Shown here piece by piece: positions 47,253 to 57,438 of a stretch of 64,000 nucleotides of DNA. Within the stretch, counting starts at the first letter, position 1; every line of letters starts with the position of its first letter. Below the pieces are notes generated by a model. The model ran no database searches. It saw only the letters and a list, made by a program, of their open reading frames with translations, and had not been told where the DNA came from. The DNA comes from Vulcanimicrobiota bacterium (GTDB taxonomy: Bacteria; Vulcanimicrobiota; Vulcanimicrobiia; Vulcanimicrobiales; Vulcanimicrobiaceae). The stretch covers positions 96,001 through 160,000 of the forward strand of contig CAWGBN010000007.1 in the NCBI GenBank assembly GCA_963820825.1. The letters run 5' to 3'. A program made the translations under genes and the position numbers.

Positions 47253-48419
47253 CTACGCCATGTACGTCTTCGGCGGGTTCGTCAGTCTAAGAATCGGGCG
47301 GTCGATCTTGAACGCCGAGATATCCGAGGGCGTTGCTCCGTCGAGCGCGAGCTCGCTGAGAATACGCCCGATGACCGAGGCGAATTTAAACGCGTGGCCG
47401 CCTCCGACGGTAACGCTGACGTTTGGATGCTCGGGAAGCGTATCGATGATGAAGTCGCGATCCGGCGTCAGCGCGTAGAGGCACGTCTTCATCCGCACGA
47501 CCTCACCGAGCGCGCTCGGCAGGTATCGCTCCATGAAGCCGGTGACGCGCGCGGTCATCTCGCGATCTTCTTCAAACCCGCGGGTATCGGCATCGACGGG
47601 CTTCCCGCCGGCGTCCTGCGTAATCTTCACCGCGTTCGGCTCGCCGAAAACTGGAAAGCCGTAGAACGAGGGATCGTCCATCCATATCCAAATCGGGAAC
47701 GTACCGAATGCAAAGCCCGGCAGATCGCGCGATGCGAAGTAGAGCACCTGTTCTTTGGTCACTTCAAAGGGAATACGCACGCCGAAGTGGGCGAGCGCGC
47801 GATCGCTCCACCCGCCGGCTGCGATGACGAGCTTACCCGCGCGATAGCGCTCGCCGCCGGCCTCCACCTCGATCTCGCCGTCCACGTCGCGCATCGAGAG
47901 AATCGGCACGTGTTCGCGCAGGGTCGCACCGTGAGCCGTCGCGGTTCGCCGAAGCAGGTCGGTCGCGCGATCGGCCGCCACGACTCCGCTGTCGGGCTGA
48001 AAGAGTCCGTGAATCTCGTCGTCGATCTGCCAGACCGGCCAGCGCCTGCGGATCTCGGCTGCGTCGAGCTGCTCGAACGAGACGCCGCACGCCTCCATCG
48101 AGTCGGCATAATTCGAAAGTGGAATCGCGCCGTCGCGCGGCCCGACATCGAGCCCGCCGGTCTTATAGACGACGCGCTCGCCGGCCTCGCGCTCGAGCGA
48201 ATCCCATGCGGCGTAGGCCTCTATCGCCAGACGAACGTAGGCGGGGGAAAAGTAGGATTTACGGATGATCCGCGACCAGTCGTGCGAGCTGCCGCGGGCG
48301 TGCCCGAACTCGAACTGTTCCAAACCGAGGACGCGCGCGCCGCGTTTTGCCAGCCAGTAGGCTGCGCCGCTTCCCAGCGCCCCGAGCCCGGCAACGATGA
48401 CGTCGTAATCGCGCGTCAT
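47253..48419 (-). CDS. solA: Monomeric sarcosine oxidase / N-methyl-L-tryptophan oxidase family flavoenzyme
   Basis: GLGALGS, GSSHDWSRIIR, covalent-FAD Cys in KTCLYALTPD, and GHAFKF; overlaps the stop of the Rieske gene. Confidence 0.88.
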   Translation of the reverse strand: MTRDYDVIVAGLGALGSGAAYWLAKRGARVLGLEQFEFGHARGSSHDWSRIIRKSYFSPAYVRLAIEAYAAWDSLEREAGERVVYKTGGLDVGPRDGAIPLSNYADSMEACGVSFEQLDAAEIRRRWPVWQIDDEIHGLFQPDSGVVAADRATDLLRRTATAHGATLREHVPILSMRDVDGEIEVEAGGERYRAGKLVIAAGGWSDRALAHFGVRIPFEVTKEQVLYFASRDLPGFAFGTFPIWIWMDDPSFYGFPVFGEPNAVKITQDAGGKPVDADTRGFEEDREMTARVTGFMERYLPSALGEVVRMKTCLYALTPDRDFIIDTLPEHPNVSVTVGGGHAFKFASVIGRILSELALDGATPSDISAFKIDRPILRLTNPPKTYMA

Positions 48420-49516
48420 TTCATTCGCTCGGCGATATAGCGGCGAATGTCCAGACTCGCATCCTCCATCGGCGCGTAATAGCCGTGCGTGAACGCGCGC
48501 GAGCGCATGCCGGCCTGCACGCTCTCGCAGATCCGCCAATCCTGACGGTTGACGAGATCCCAAAAATCGACGACGTCGCGCGCATCGAAGTCCGGCTTCG
48601 CCATCTCGCCGGGATGAAAGAGCAAGTCGCAGACGACGGTCGTCGACGCCGGGCCGTGTGGCCAGAGCGAGAACGCCGCAACGTGTTCGGCGGCAAGGCT
48701 CAGCATGAAGTTCGGATAGATCAGCTCTCCCTTATGACGGATCTTCTCGTCCTCGCTGAGCGTCGCAAAGGCGGCGCGATCGCTCGTGCCGCTTGCGGTA
48801 AAGGTCCACGCGCCTTCGCGATGCGGAATTCCTCGCTCCCAGTCGAGATCGGCGCCGCCGTGACGTTTGAACGCCGGCACGATCCGGCACAGCTCCGGGT
48901 GTACGCCCGCGCAGTGGTAACACTCGTTGTAGTTCTCGAGAATTACTTTCCAGTTCGCCGCGACGTCGTACCGAATCGTTCGTGCGATCTCCAACTCGGC
49001 CAGCGGATATCGGCCGACGCGCTCCGGAACGCCGCCGAGCTGCGCGGCGAGCGTCGCACCGCGAGCTCGCGCGCGGTCGCTCGAGAGGTGCATGAAGACG
49101 AATCCGGCCCACTCCTCCACCCCGACGGAATGCAACCGGCGCGACCCCGGCGCGATCGCGTCGTCGGAGACGAACGGCGAGGCGACGAGTCGGCCATCGA
49201 GTGCATACGCCCAGGAATGGTACGGACAACGAATCGTTCCGCGAACGCTTCCCTTGCCGCAGAGCAAGCGGCTACCGCGATGACGGCAGAAGTTGAGGTG
49301 CGCGTAGAGCCGGTCCACGCCCCGGATCAAGATGATGCTCTCGCCGGCCAGGTCGAGCACGCAATAGTCGCCGGTCTCGCGCAGTTCGGCAGCCCGTCCC
49401 ACGTAGAACCACTCGTCCCAGAAGATCGCCTCGCGTTCGCGCGCGAAGAAGGCCTCATCCCAGTAGGCCTCCCGCGGAAGAGAGGCCTCGAGCGCCATAT
49501 TTTCCGAAGGTTTCAT
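48416..49516 (-). CDS. Rieske non-heme iron oxygenase alpha subunit (GbcA/Stc2/choline monooxygenase-like)
   Basis: CRH..CPYH Rieske motif; NWK..ENYNECYHC..VH; NRQD; start at 49516 or 49498. Confidence 0.92.
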   Translation of the reverse strand: MKPSENMALEASLPREAYWDEAFFAREREAIFWDEWFYVGRAAELRETGDYCVLDLAGESIILIRGVDRLYAHLNFCRHRGSRLLCGKGSVRGTIRCPYHSWAYALDGRLVASPFVSDDAIAPGSRRLHSVGVEEWAGFVFMHLSSDRARARGATLAAQLGGVPERVGRYPLAELEIARTIRYDVAANWKVILENYNECYHCAGVHPELCRIVPAFKRHGGADLDWERGIPHREGAWTFTASGTSDRAAFATLSEDEKIRHKGELIYPNFMLSLAAEHVAAFSLWPHGPASTTVVCDLLFHPGEMAKPDFDARDVVDFWDLVNRQDWRICESVQAGMRSRAFTHGYYAPMEDASLDIRRYIAERMK

Positions 49517-49594
49517 CGCTAGATTTACCAAAAGACCAAACAAATCGCTGGTTAGAGGCGGATTCCGTCAAATGGGATAGAACCCTTCGCGCTC

Positions 49595-49686
49595 GTCCTT
49601 CGACTGCGCTCCGCTTCGACTCGCTCCGCTCGCTCAGCATCGCTCCGCTCAGGATGACACAGCTCGCTACGCCCAGGATGACACAG
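49595..49686. repeat. Cluster of REP-like repeats between the divergent Rieske genes
   Basis: TCCTTCGACTGCGCTC, repeated CGCTC units, and a direct repeat CAGGATGACACAG at 49650 and 49674. Confidence 0.7.
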
Positions 49687-49692
49687 ACAATT

Positions 49693-50804
49693 ATGCAGAC
49701 ATTCGTGAAGCCGCAGGTTGGGGCCGGCGCGACGACGCTGCCGGCATCTTGGTACATCTCGCCGGACGTCTTTGAACGCGAGCGGCGTCAAGTCTTCGGA
49801 CGCGAGTGGCTCTGCGTGGGACGCGAAGAATCGATTCGCAAGACGGGCGATTTCTTCACTGTGGAACCCGCCGGCGAGAATCTCATCGTCACGCGCGACG
49901 GCGAGGGACGCGTGCGCGCCTTTTACAACGTCTGCCGCCACCGCGGAACGCGCATCTGCAGCGCCGACTCGGGACGCTTCCAAGGCTCGATTCAATGCCC
50001 GTACCATGCGTGGACCTACGGCCTCGACGGCACCTTGAAGGTGGCGCGCAACATGACCGAAGTGCCGGGCTTCGATCGCGCGAGTATCCACTCAAAGAGG
50101 CCGCGGTCGCCTCCTGGGAGGGATTTATCTTCGTCAGTCTCGCCGCGGAGCCCGTTGCCTTCGAAAGCGCCTTTGCACCGCTGATCGGACGCTTTTCGCG
50201 CTGGAGCATCGCAACGTTGCAGACCGCGCGCAGCCTCAGGTACGAGCTCGCGTGTAACTGGAAGCTCATCTTCCTCAATTACTCCGAGTGCTACCACTGC
50301 CCGCTCGTCCATCCGCAGCTCGATAAGCTCTCGCCCTCCGATAGCGGACGCAACGATCTCGCGGAGGGAGCCTTCCTCGGCGGTTATTCGGAGCTGCGGC
50401 AGCCGGGGACGGCGCTCACAATGAGCGGTCGGAGTTCGCGACCGCCACTGAAAGGCGTCGACGGCGTCGAGCTCGACCGCGTCTACTACTACACGATCTT
50501 TCCCTCGCTCTTATTGAGTCTCCATCCCGACTACGTGATGGTGCACTACCTCAAACCGCTCGCGCCCGATCGCACCGAGGTCGTCTGCGCCTTTCTCTTC
50601 GATCCGCAGACGATCGCGCAATCCGGCTTCGATCCGAGCGACGCCGTTGACTTCTGGGATATGACGAACCGCCAAGATTGGCACGTCAACGAACTCACGC
50701 AGCTCGGCTTGCGCTCGCGGGCGTATTCGCCCGGACCCTACTCGAATGCCGAAGGCTTGTTGAGCGCCTTCGATCGTCACTACCTGCACGTAGTCGGGGC
50801 GTAG
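49693..50804 (+). CDS. Second Rieske oxygenase alpha subunit, frameshifted near 50080
   Basis: CRH..CPYH in the first frame; NWK..LNYSECYHC..VH and NRQD in the second frame; one indel restores a ~370 aa protein. Confidence 0.88.
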
Positions 50805-50817
50805 GACAACGCTCGCG

Positions 50818-53757
50818 TTGCTTCTCGCTGCGGGCATCGCTTTGCCGTCGCTGCAGGCGCTGACGTGGCGCAACGTCGGGCCGGCCGTCGCCGGCGGCCG
50901 CACCTCCGGCGTCGCGGGCACCGACGCCGATCCGAATCTCTACTACTTCGGGGGCGCCGACGGCGGGGTCTGGAAGACGACGAACGGCGGCCTCAGCTGG
51001 CAGAACGTCTGGCCGCCGGATGCAGCCGGTGCGATCGGCGCGATTGCGATCGACCCACACGACCGTAACACGGTCTGGGCCGGAACGGGCGAGCCGAATC
51101 TGCGCAACGACATCTCCTACGGTGACGGACTCTGGGTTACGCACGACGGCGGCACGCATTGGCGTAACCTCGGATTGCAGCAGACCTGGGCGATCGCGCA
51201 GATCGCCGTCGATCCCAACGATTCGCGGCGCCTTTGGGTCGCGGCGATCGGCAATCCCTATCGCGACGGCACGGCGCGCGGCATCTATCGCACGACCGAC
51301 GGCGGAAAGACCTGGCAGCGGACCCTCTATCTCGGTCCGTCGAGCGGTGCCTCCGACGTCGCGATCGATCTACGCAACCCGAAGATCGTCTTTGCGGGCA
51401 TCTGGCAGTTTCGCCGCCGCCCCTGGAATTTTTCCAGCGGCGGGCCGCTCGACGGGCTCTTTCGTTCGACCGACGGCGGCACGACCTGGAAGCGGCTGCG
51501 CGGCAACGGATTGCCCGGCGGATACATGGGCAGGATCGGGCTGGCCGTCGCAGGAGCGCGCGTCTACGCGTTGATTCAATCGAAGGAGGGCGTCATGTGG
51601 CGCTCGGACGACGGCGGCACGCATTGGCGATTGATGACGCGCGACACGCTGGTCAATCAGCGCCCGTTCTACATGAGCCGCCTCGCCGTCGATCCGTCGA
51701 ATCCAAATCACGTCTTCTTCTCCTCGGAGGATCTGATCGAGACGCGCGACGGCGGTAAGAGCTACCACGACGTTCTCGGCGCGGTCCATCAAGATCACCA
51801 CGGGCTCTGGATCTCGCGCGACGGGCAGCGCATGATCGAAGCGAACGACGGCGGCGCTCCGATCTCGATTGATGGCGGCAAGACCTGGGATTGGCGTTTC
51901 AACGTCGCGCTCGCGCAGATCTACCGGATCGGCTACGACGAAGAGAACCCGTACCATCTCTGCGGCGGGATCCAGGACAACGACTCCTACTGCGGTCCCT
52001 CCGATTCACTCAGTCCGCTGGGCATCGAGAACTCGGATTGGCGCGACGTCGGCAACGACGGCGATGGCTCGTGGGTCTGGCCGCAGCCGGGCGATCCATC
52101 CTCGATCTGGAACGTCGGCGTCAATGAGCTCAACGGTCAGCTTGGAATCTTCGATCTGCGCTCGCGTCAAAACTACGACATCACGCCCGACGACACCGAT
52201 ACGAACGGCCGCGCACTCGCGGGACTCCCGTTTCGTTCGAACTGGGAAGCGCCGATAGCATTCCAAGGCGCCAACGCCTTCTATGGCGCGAACGTCCTCT
52301 TCGAGACGAGCGACCGCGGGCGCACCTGGAAGATCGTCAGTCCCGACCTCACCCGCAACGATCCCGCCAAGCAGCAAGTCGCAGGCGGTCCGATCAATAC
52401 CGACGTCTCCGGCGCCGAGTTCTACGATACGATCTTCGATATCGCGCCGTCACGGCTCGATGCCGGACGCATTTGGGTCGGCACCGACGACGGTTTGGTA
52501 CAACTCACCGCCGATTCCGGCACGCACTGGCAGAACGTCACCCCGCCGGAGAGCCAGGTCGCGGCCTGGGGACGGATCGACACGGTCGAAGCCTCGAGTG
52601 CCGATGCGCGCCGCGCGTACGTCGCGATCGATCGGCACGTGATGGGCGACGCCGCGCCGTACGTCTTCGTAACCGACGATTCGGGTGCGTCGTGGCGCAA
52701 AATCGTCGAGGGGTTGCCGCCCGATCAGTACGTACACGTCGTGCGCGAGGATCCGGTCAATCCCGACGTGCTCTACGCCGGGCTCGAGCAGGGCGTCTGG
52801 TACTCGCTCGACCGCGGCGCGCATTGGCGCAGCCTGCGCCTCAACATGCCCTCGGTTGCGGTGCACGACATGCGCGTTCAGCCGCAACGCCACGATCTGC
52901 TCGTCGCGACGCACGGACGCGGTTTCTGGATTCTCGACGATCTCGGCGCAATCGCCGGTCTCAGCGCGGCGGCGAAGATGGTGCCGCAGCTCTTCCCGTT
53001 GCGCACGGCATATACGTGGTATCGCTGGTGGACTTCGTACTATGGAACGCAGCCCGATGAGTGCTGCGTAGCGGCTGGAATGTACTCCGGCGACGACCCG
53101 CCCGAAGGCGCGCTCGCCACGTACTATCTGCCCACGCCGGCGCACGCGTGGTTCGACGCGTTCGACGCAAACGGGCGGCGCGTGCGCTGCTTCGAAGCTC
53201 CCGGCGATGCCGGCGTGCAGCGAACGTCGTGGGACCTGACCGAATCGCCGCCGGTGCCGTGGCGGCGCGCGCGCGAGTGGAATCGCGGCGGCTCAGGCCC
53301 GACCATCGTCCCCGGGCAGTACACGCTCAAACTGCACGCCGGAGCGGCGACGCTTTCACAGAACCTTGAGGTGCGGCCCGACCCGCGTGCGGCGTGGACG
53401 CAAGCGCAGTACGTCGAGCGCTACCGGTTTCTCACATCGCTCGACGGCGAGCTCTCGGCGATCGACACGGCATTGAACCGGATGGACGCACTGCCCTATC
53501 GCGATCCATCGGTCTATTCACTCTTCACCTCGGGCATCGTCAATTCCGAAGACGATCAACTCAAGCCCGACCATCTCCGCGAGCGGCTCACGATTCTTCA
53601 GGGCGTCGTGGCGCTCTCCCAGGGGCCGCCGCTTCCGCCGCACCTACGCGAAGCGGCGGCGATTCGCACGCAGTTCGAAACGGCCATGAACGGCTATCGC
53701 GCGTTTTTGGCGGCGCACCATTTACCACCCGACGTAGAACCGGAGGCATGCACGTGA
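50818..53757 (+). CDS. VPS10/sortilin-like BNR (Asp-box) beta-propeller protein
   Basis: WRNVGP..GGR; many [ST]xDGGxTW Asp-boxes; DHH; GGIQDN; ATHGRGFW. Confidence 0.9.
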   Translation: MLLAAGIALPSLQALTWRNVGPAVAGGRTSGVAGTDADPNLYYFGGADGGVWKTTNGGLSWQNVWPPDAAGAIGAIAIDPHDRNTVWAGTGEPNLRNDISYGDGLWVTHDGGTHWRNLGLQQTWAIAQIAVDPNDSRRLWVAAIGNPYRDGTARGIYRTTDGGKTWQRTLYLGPSSGASDVAIDLRNPKIVFAGIWQFRRRPWNFSSGGPLDGLFRSTDGGTTWKRLRGNGLPGGYMGRIGLAVAGARVYALIQSKEGVMWRSDDGGTHWRLMTRDTLVNQRPFYMSRLAVDPSNPNHVFFSSEDLIETRDGGKSYHDVLGAVHQDHHGLWISRDGQRMIEANDGGAPISIDGGKTWDWRFNVALAQIYRIGYDEENPYHLCGGIQDNDSYCGPSDSLSPLGIENSDWRDVGNDGDGSWVWPQPGDPSSIWNVGVNELNGQLGIFDLRSRQNYDITPDDTDTNGRALAGLPFRSNWEAPIAFQGANAFYGANVLFETSDRGRTWKIVSPDLTRNDPAKQQVAGGPINTDVSGAEFYDTIFDIAPSRLDAGRIWVGTDDGLVQLTADSGTHWQNVTPPESQVAAWGRIDTVEASSADARRAYVAIDRHVMGDAAPYVFVTDDSGASWRKIVEGLPPDQYVHVVREDPVNPDVLYAGLEQGVWYSLDRGAHWRSLRLNMPSVAVHDMRVQPQRHDLLVATHGRGFWILDDLGAIAGLSAAAKMVPQLFPLRTAYTWYRWWTSYYGTQPDECCVAAGMYSGDDPPEGALATYYLPTPAHAWFDAFDANGRRVRCFEAPGDAGVQRTSWDLTESPPVPWRRAREWNRGGSGPTIVPGQYTLKLHAGAATLSQNLEVRPDPRAAWTQAQYVERYRFLTSLDGELSAIDTALNRMDALPYRDPSVYSLFTSGIVNSEDDQLKPDHLRERLTILQGVVALSQGPPLPPHLREAAAIRTQFETAMNGYRAFLAAHHLPPDVEPEACT

Positions 53758-56700
53758 GGTACGCAGCGTTACTATCAATCCTCGGAATTGCGCTCACCCA
53801 AGTTGCGGTAGCGGGAACGACGGGCGGCATCAGCGGCATCGTCAACGTCGTCGGAACCTCGACGCCGATCCCCGGCGTCAAGGTGACGGTCACGAGTCCG
53901 TCACAGACGGCGAGCACGACGACCGACGCGCGCGGTCACTTCGCGTTCGTCTCGTTGGCGCCTGACGAGTACACGATCTCGCTGCAAAAGGACGGGTACG
54001 AGCCGCTTTCCTACGCGGGCGTCGCCGTGCTCGCCGACGCGCAGCAGACGCTCTCGCTGAACATGCGCGCCACGCTGCGGACGATCGCCAGCGTCACCTC
54101 GCGCAGCGCCGCGAGCCTAGTGCGGCCCGGCACGACGGCCGATATCTACTCGATCAACTCCGCGCAGCAGGCGCGCACCGCCGTTCTTGGCGGCGGTGGA
54201 GCGCTCAACAGCGCCTACTCCGCAATCGCGTCGGTTCCCGGCGCCTACGTTCCGGCAAATCAGAACGGCTACTTACAGTCGGTGCACGTACGCGGCGGCG
54301 ACGCGTCGGAGGTCGGCTACGAGTTCGACGGCATTCCGGTCAACCGCGCCTTCGACAACTATCCGTCGAGTTCGCTCTCGTCGCTCGGCCAGCTCGAGCT
54401 GCAGGTTTACACCGGCGCCACTCCGGCCAACGCCGAAGCGCAGGGGCTCGCCGGTTTCGTCAATCAGGTGATTAAGACCGGAACCTTCCCCGGCTACGCG
54501 ACCGCGAACTTAGGCGTGGGCTCAACCGTCTTCTACCACAGCGCGAACGTCGAGGCCGGCGGCGCGACGCCCGATCGCATGTTCTCCTACTACGTCGGCA
54601 TCGGCGGATACAATCAAGACTATCGCTACGTCGACCAGTTCGGCGGCGCCGCCTATACCAGCGAGTTCGGCCAGCAGTTGGGATCGTGTCCGGCGCCCAG
54701 CGGTCTCGCCGATACCGTTCTGCCATCGTGCTATAGCAACGGTAAGCCGAACGTCGGGCTCAACGGTACGCCGGGCTGGATTCTCGGGCCGATCGGCTTC
54801 GGCTCGATCAACGCCGCGAACGTTGCGACGCGAACCTCGGTCGTTAACTTCCACATCGCGATTCCGCACAAGCACGACGGCCTGCGCGACGACGTTCAGC
54901 TCCTTTACGATAACGACGAGATTTTCACGACGTTCTTGAGCTCGGTCAACGACGAAGGCTATCAGAACTGGATCAATACGGTGGGGGTCTTCCCGCCGTA
55001 CTATCTCGACGCGTACCAGTATCGCGGAAGCATGGGCAGCTTTCTCCCGACGAATTACGCTTCGCTCGTCACGCCCTATCTCTATCCGTCGTCGCCGCCC
55101 CATCCGTTCGACGGTCCGATCCCCGACCCGTACAATCAGCGTGACCGCGGCTACAACGGACAGGCGATCGTCAAGCTGCAATACCAAAAGAACTTCAGCT
55201 CGAACGCCTTTTTGCGGCTCTACGGCTACACGTACTACTCTGATTGGATCGAGAACGGACCGATGATGTCGCTCCAGCCGTACGCCTACTACGACTCGGG
55301 CGACTACGAGATCAACAACCACACGCGCGGCGTCAGCCTCTCGTACACCAATCAGCTCTCGCCCCAAGACTTGCTTGAAGTCGAAGGCAGCTACACCACC
55401 TCGACCGGAGCGAGAATCTACAACGAGCAGATGTTCCAGTACGGAAAGGCGTACGGCAACGCGTTTGCCGTGCTGGTCAACCGCAACGCTCCCTTCAGCG
55501 GCACCTGCTATCACCTCTCCGGTGACGGCTCGCGCACGATCGCGACAACCTGCTCCGACGGACAGGCCGGCGGCGTCAGCTACGGCCTCCTTCCGACCTT
55601 TTTGAAGCTCAACAGTCCGGGGGCACACTCGAACATTACCGGCCTGCAGTGCGGCAACGGTCCCTGCGCGTATTACGTCGCCGAAAACGGCACGTACGGA
55701 TTGAACAATACCGTGACGCCTTACTTCTCCGGATACTCGCTTACCGATCAGTGGCGTCCGAACGACCGGCTCTTCTTCAACTTTGGCCTTCGCGTCGACA
55801 ACTACGATTATGTGGGCGCAAATACGGTGACCGGCGCGGCGCGAAACTTCTGGTTCAACGCCTTCAATCAGGATACGTGCTACGACACGCAGACGCTTAC
55901 GCTGGTCGACCGCAGCGCCCTCGGGGGGTCGGGCGGCAACTGGAGCACGAACTCGCAGAAACCTTGCTCGTCCTTCGGCAAGCAGTACGTCAATGCAAAT
56001 CTCCAGAACATCCCCGGCGCTTTCGACTACAACATCCCGCAGCCGCGCTTCGGCATGACCTATACGGTGAATCCGAATACGGTACTGCGGGCGAGCTACG
56101 GCCGGTATAACGAGCAGCCCAGCGCCGCCTACGAGCAGTACAACTCGCTGGAACAGAATCTGCCCGACACCCTCGCGCAGTTCTACTCGCTCGGCTTCAC
56201 CACGCCGGGCCATGCGGTCGCGCCGTCGGTCTCCTACAACAGCGACCTCTCGATCGAGCATCACTTTCCGGGGACCGATATGTCGTTCAAGCTGACGCCC
56301 TTCCTTCGACAGACTCAGGACCAGGTCGAAAACTTCTACATCAACTACACCGCGGGAATCACCTCGGGGCTCAACGCGGGCTATCAAACCTCGTCAGGCT
56401 TCGAGTTCCAGTTCGACAAGGGCGATTTTAACCGCAACGGCTTTGCCGGCCAGCTCTCGTTTGCGTACACCTATGCGACGGTAAAGTTCAGTACGTTACC
56501 GAACGGGTCGAACGTGCTTTCGCCCCTCAACTCGTCGATCGCGCAGTACAACGCCTATACGAAAGCCTGCGCGCCGGGCGGAAACTCGTACGGGAAGAAG
56601 CAGTTCGGCGAAGCGCTCTGCGGCTATACCAGCAACGGCACCTACGCCGCGCCGTGCTACCGGCCCAACGGCACGCCCGACCAGGGTTGCAAAGCCGGTG

Positions 56701-57437
56701 ACGTCGCGAATCCGTACTGGCTCTCCCCGGCTTTCTCGCTGCTGAATCCGACCGCCGCATATCTGCCGTTCTCGATCTTCCCCGGACCGATCGGATCCGG
56801 AGTGAACGCCTTCAACTATCCATATGTCGCGACGATGCTCTTGAACTACAAGCACGACCGCTTCACGATCACGCCGTCGTTTCAGTTCGTCGCCGGCAAT
56901 CGCTACGGCGCACCACTCACCACGCCGGGCATCGATCCGGCGGCCGGCTGCGGAAGGCCGCTCGCCGGAAGTGCCACGCACGATCCGCGCTATCCCTACG
57001 GTGCGGCCGGCGGCGGACCGTTTAACGCCAACAATCCCGGCTGCGCGGCGACGCTTTCGATTCCCGACCCGTACACGGGGCAGTTCGACGCCATCGGCGC
57101 CTTCCGCGAGCCCGCGCAGCTCTTGGGACACCTGCAGCTGTCGTACGAGCTGTCGCCGCGCGTCACCGCTTCGGTAACGCTGGCCAACCTTCTGCAGACC
57201 TGCTTCGGCGGCCAGCAGACCGCCTTTACCTACTTCTGGAATAGTCATACCTGCATCTACACCACGCTGATCGGCGGTCCGTATACGCCGCCGGTCGGCA
57301 ACGCGTACAACCCCGGCGCGAACGTGCAGACGTTCTTACGTTATCCGTACGAACCGTACTTCGGAACCTACAACGATCAGACGAGCTCGCTCTCAGAGCC
57401 GTTCAACGCCTACTTCAGCCTCAAGGTGAGCATTTAA
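53754..57437 (+). CDS. TonB-dependent receptor-like outer-membrane protein with N-terminal carboxypeptidase-regulatory-like domain
   Basis: GGAGG 7 nt before GTG 53754; signal peptide; TTDARGHF..L.PDEY; plug-like VRGG..YEFDGIPVN; barrel motifs PRFGMTY..VLRASYG; alternating C-terminus YFSLKVSI. Confidence 0.85.
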   Translation: MRYAALLSILGIALTQVAVAGTTGGISGIVNVVGTSTPIPGVKVTVTSPSQTASTTTDARGHFAFVSLAPDEYTISLQKDGYEPLSYAGVAVLADAQQTLSLNMRATLRTIASVTSRSAASLVRPGTTADIYSINSAQQARTAVLGGGGALNSAYSAIASVPGAYVPANQNGYLQSVHVRGGDASEVGYEFDGIPVNRAFDNYPSSSLSSLGQLELQVYTGATPANAEAQGLAGFVNQVIKTGTFPGYATANLGVGSTVFYHSANVEAGGATPDRMFSYYVGIGGYNQDYRYVDQFGGAAYTSEFGQQLGSCPAPSGLADTVLPSCYSNGKPNVGLNGTPGWILGPIGFGSINAANVATRTSVVNFHIAIPHKHDGLRDDVQLLYDNDEIFTTFLSSVNDEGYQNWINTVGVFPPYYLDAYQYRGSMGSFLPTNYASLVTPYLYPSSPPHPFDGPIPDPYNQRDRGYNGQAIVKLQYQKNFSSNAFLRLYGYTYYSDWIENGPMMSLQPYAYYDSGDYEINNHTRGVSLSYTNQLSPQDLLEVEGSYTTSTGARIYNEQMFQYGKAYGNAFAVLVNRNAPFSGTCYHLSGDGSRTIATTCSDGQAGGVSYGLLPTFLKLNSPGAHSNITGLQCGNGPCAYYVAENGTYGLNNTVTPYFSGYSLTDQWRPNDRLFFNFGLRVDNYDYVGANTVTGAARNFWFNAFNQDTCYDTQTLTLVDRSALGGSGGNWSTNSQKPCSSFGKQYVNANLQNIPGAFDYNIPQPRFGMTYTVNPNTVLRASYGRYNEQPSAAYEQYNSLEQNLPDTLAQFYSLGFTTPGHAVAPSVSYNSDLSIEHHFPGTDMSFKLTPFLRQTQDQVENFYINYTAGITSGLNAGYQTSSGFEFQFDKGDFNRNGFAGQLSFAYTYATVKFSTLPNGSNVLSPLNSSIAQYNAYTKACAPGGNSYGKKQFGEALCGYTSNGTYAAPCYRPNGTPDQGCKAGDVANPYWLSPAFSLLNPTAAYLPFSIFPGPIGSGVNAFNYPYVATMLLNYKHDRFTITPSFQFVAGNRYGAPLTTPGIDPAAGCGRPLAGSATHDPRYPYGAAGGGPFNANNPGCAATLSIPDPYTGQFDAIGAFREPAQLLGHLQLSYELSPRVTASVTLANLLQTCFGGQQTAFTYFWNSHTCIYTTLIGGPYTPPVGNAYNPGANVQTFLRYPYEPYFGTYNDQTSSLSEPFNAYFSLKVSI

Positions 57438-57438
57438 A

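Noticed and set aside
49595..49686. Repeat cluster as a mini-CRISPR or tRNA
   Set aside because: Only two 13-bp direct repeats with an 11-bp gap; no cloverleaf.
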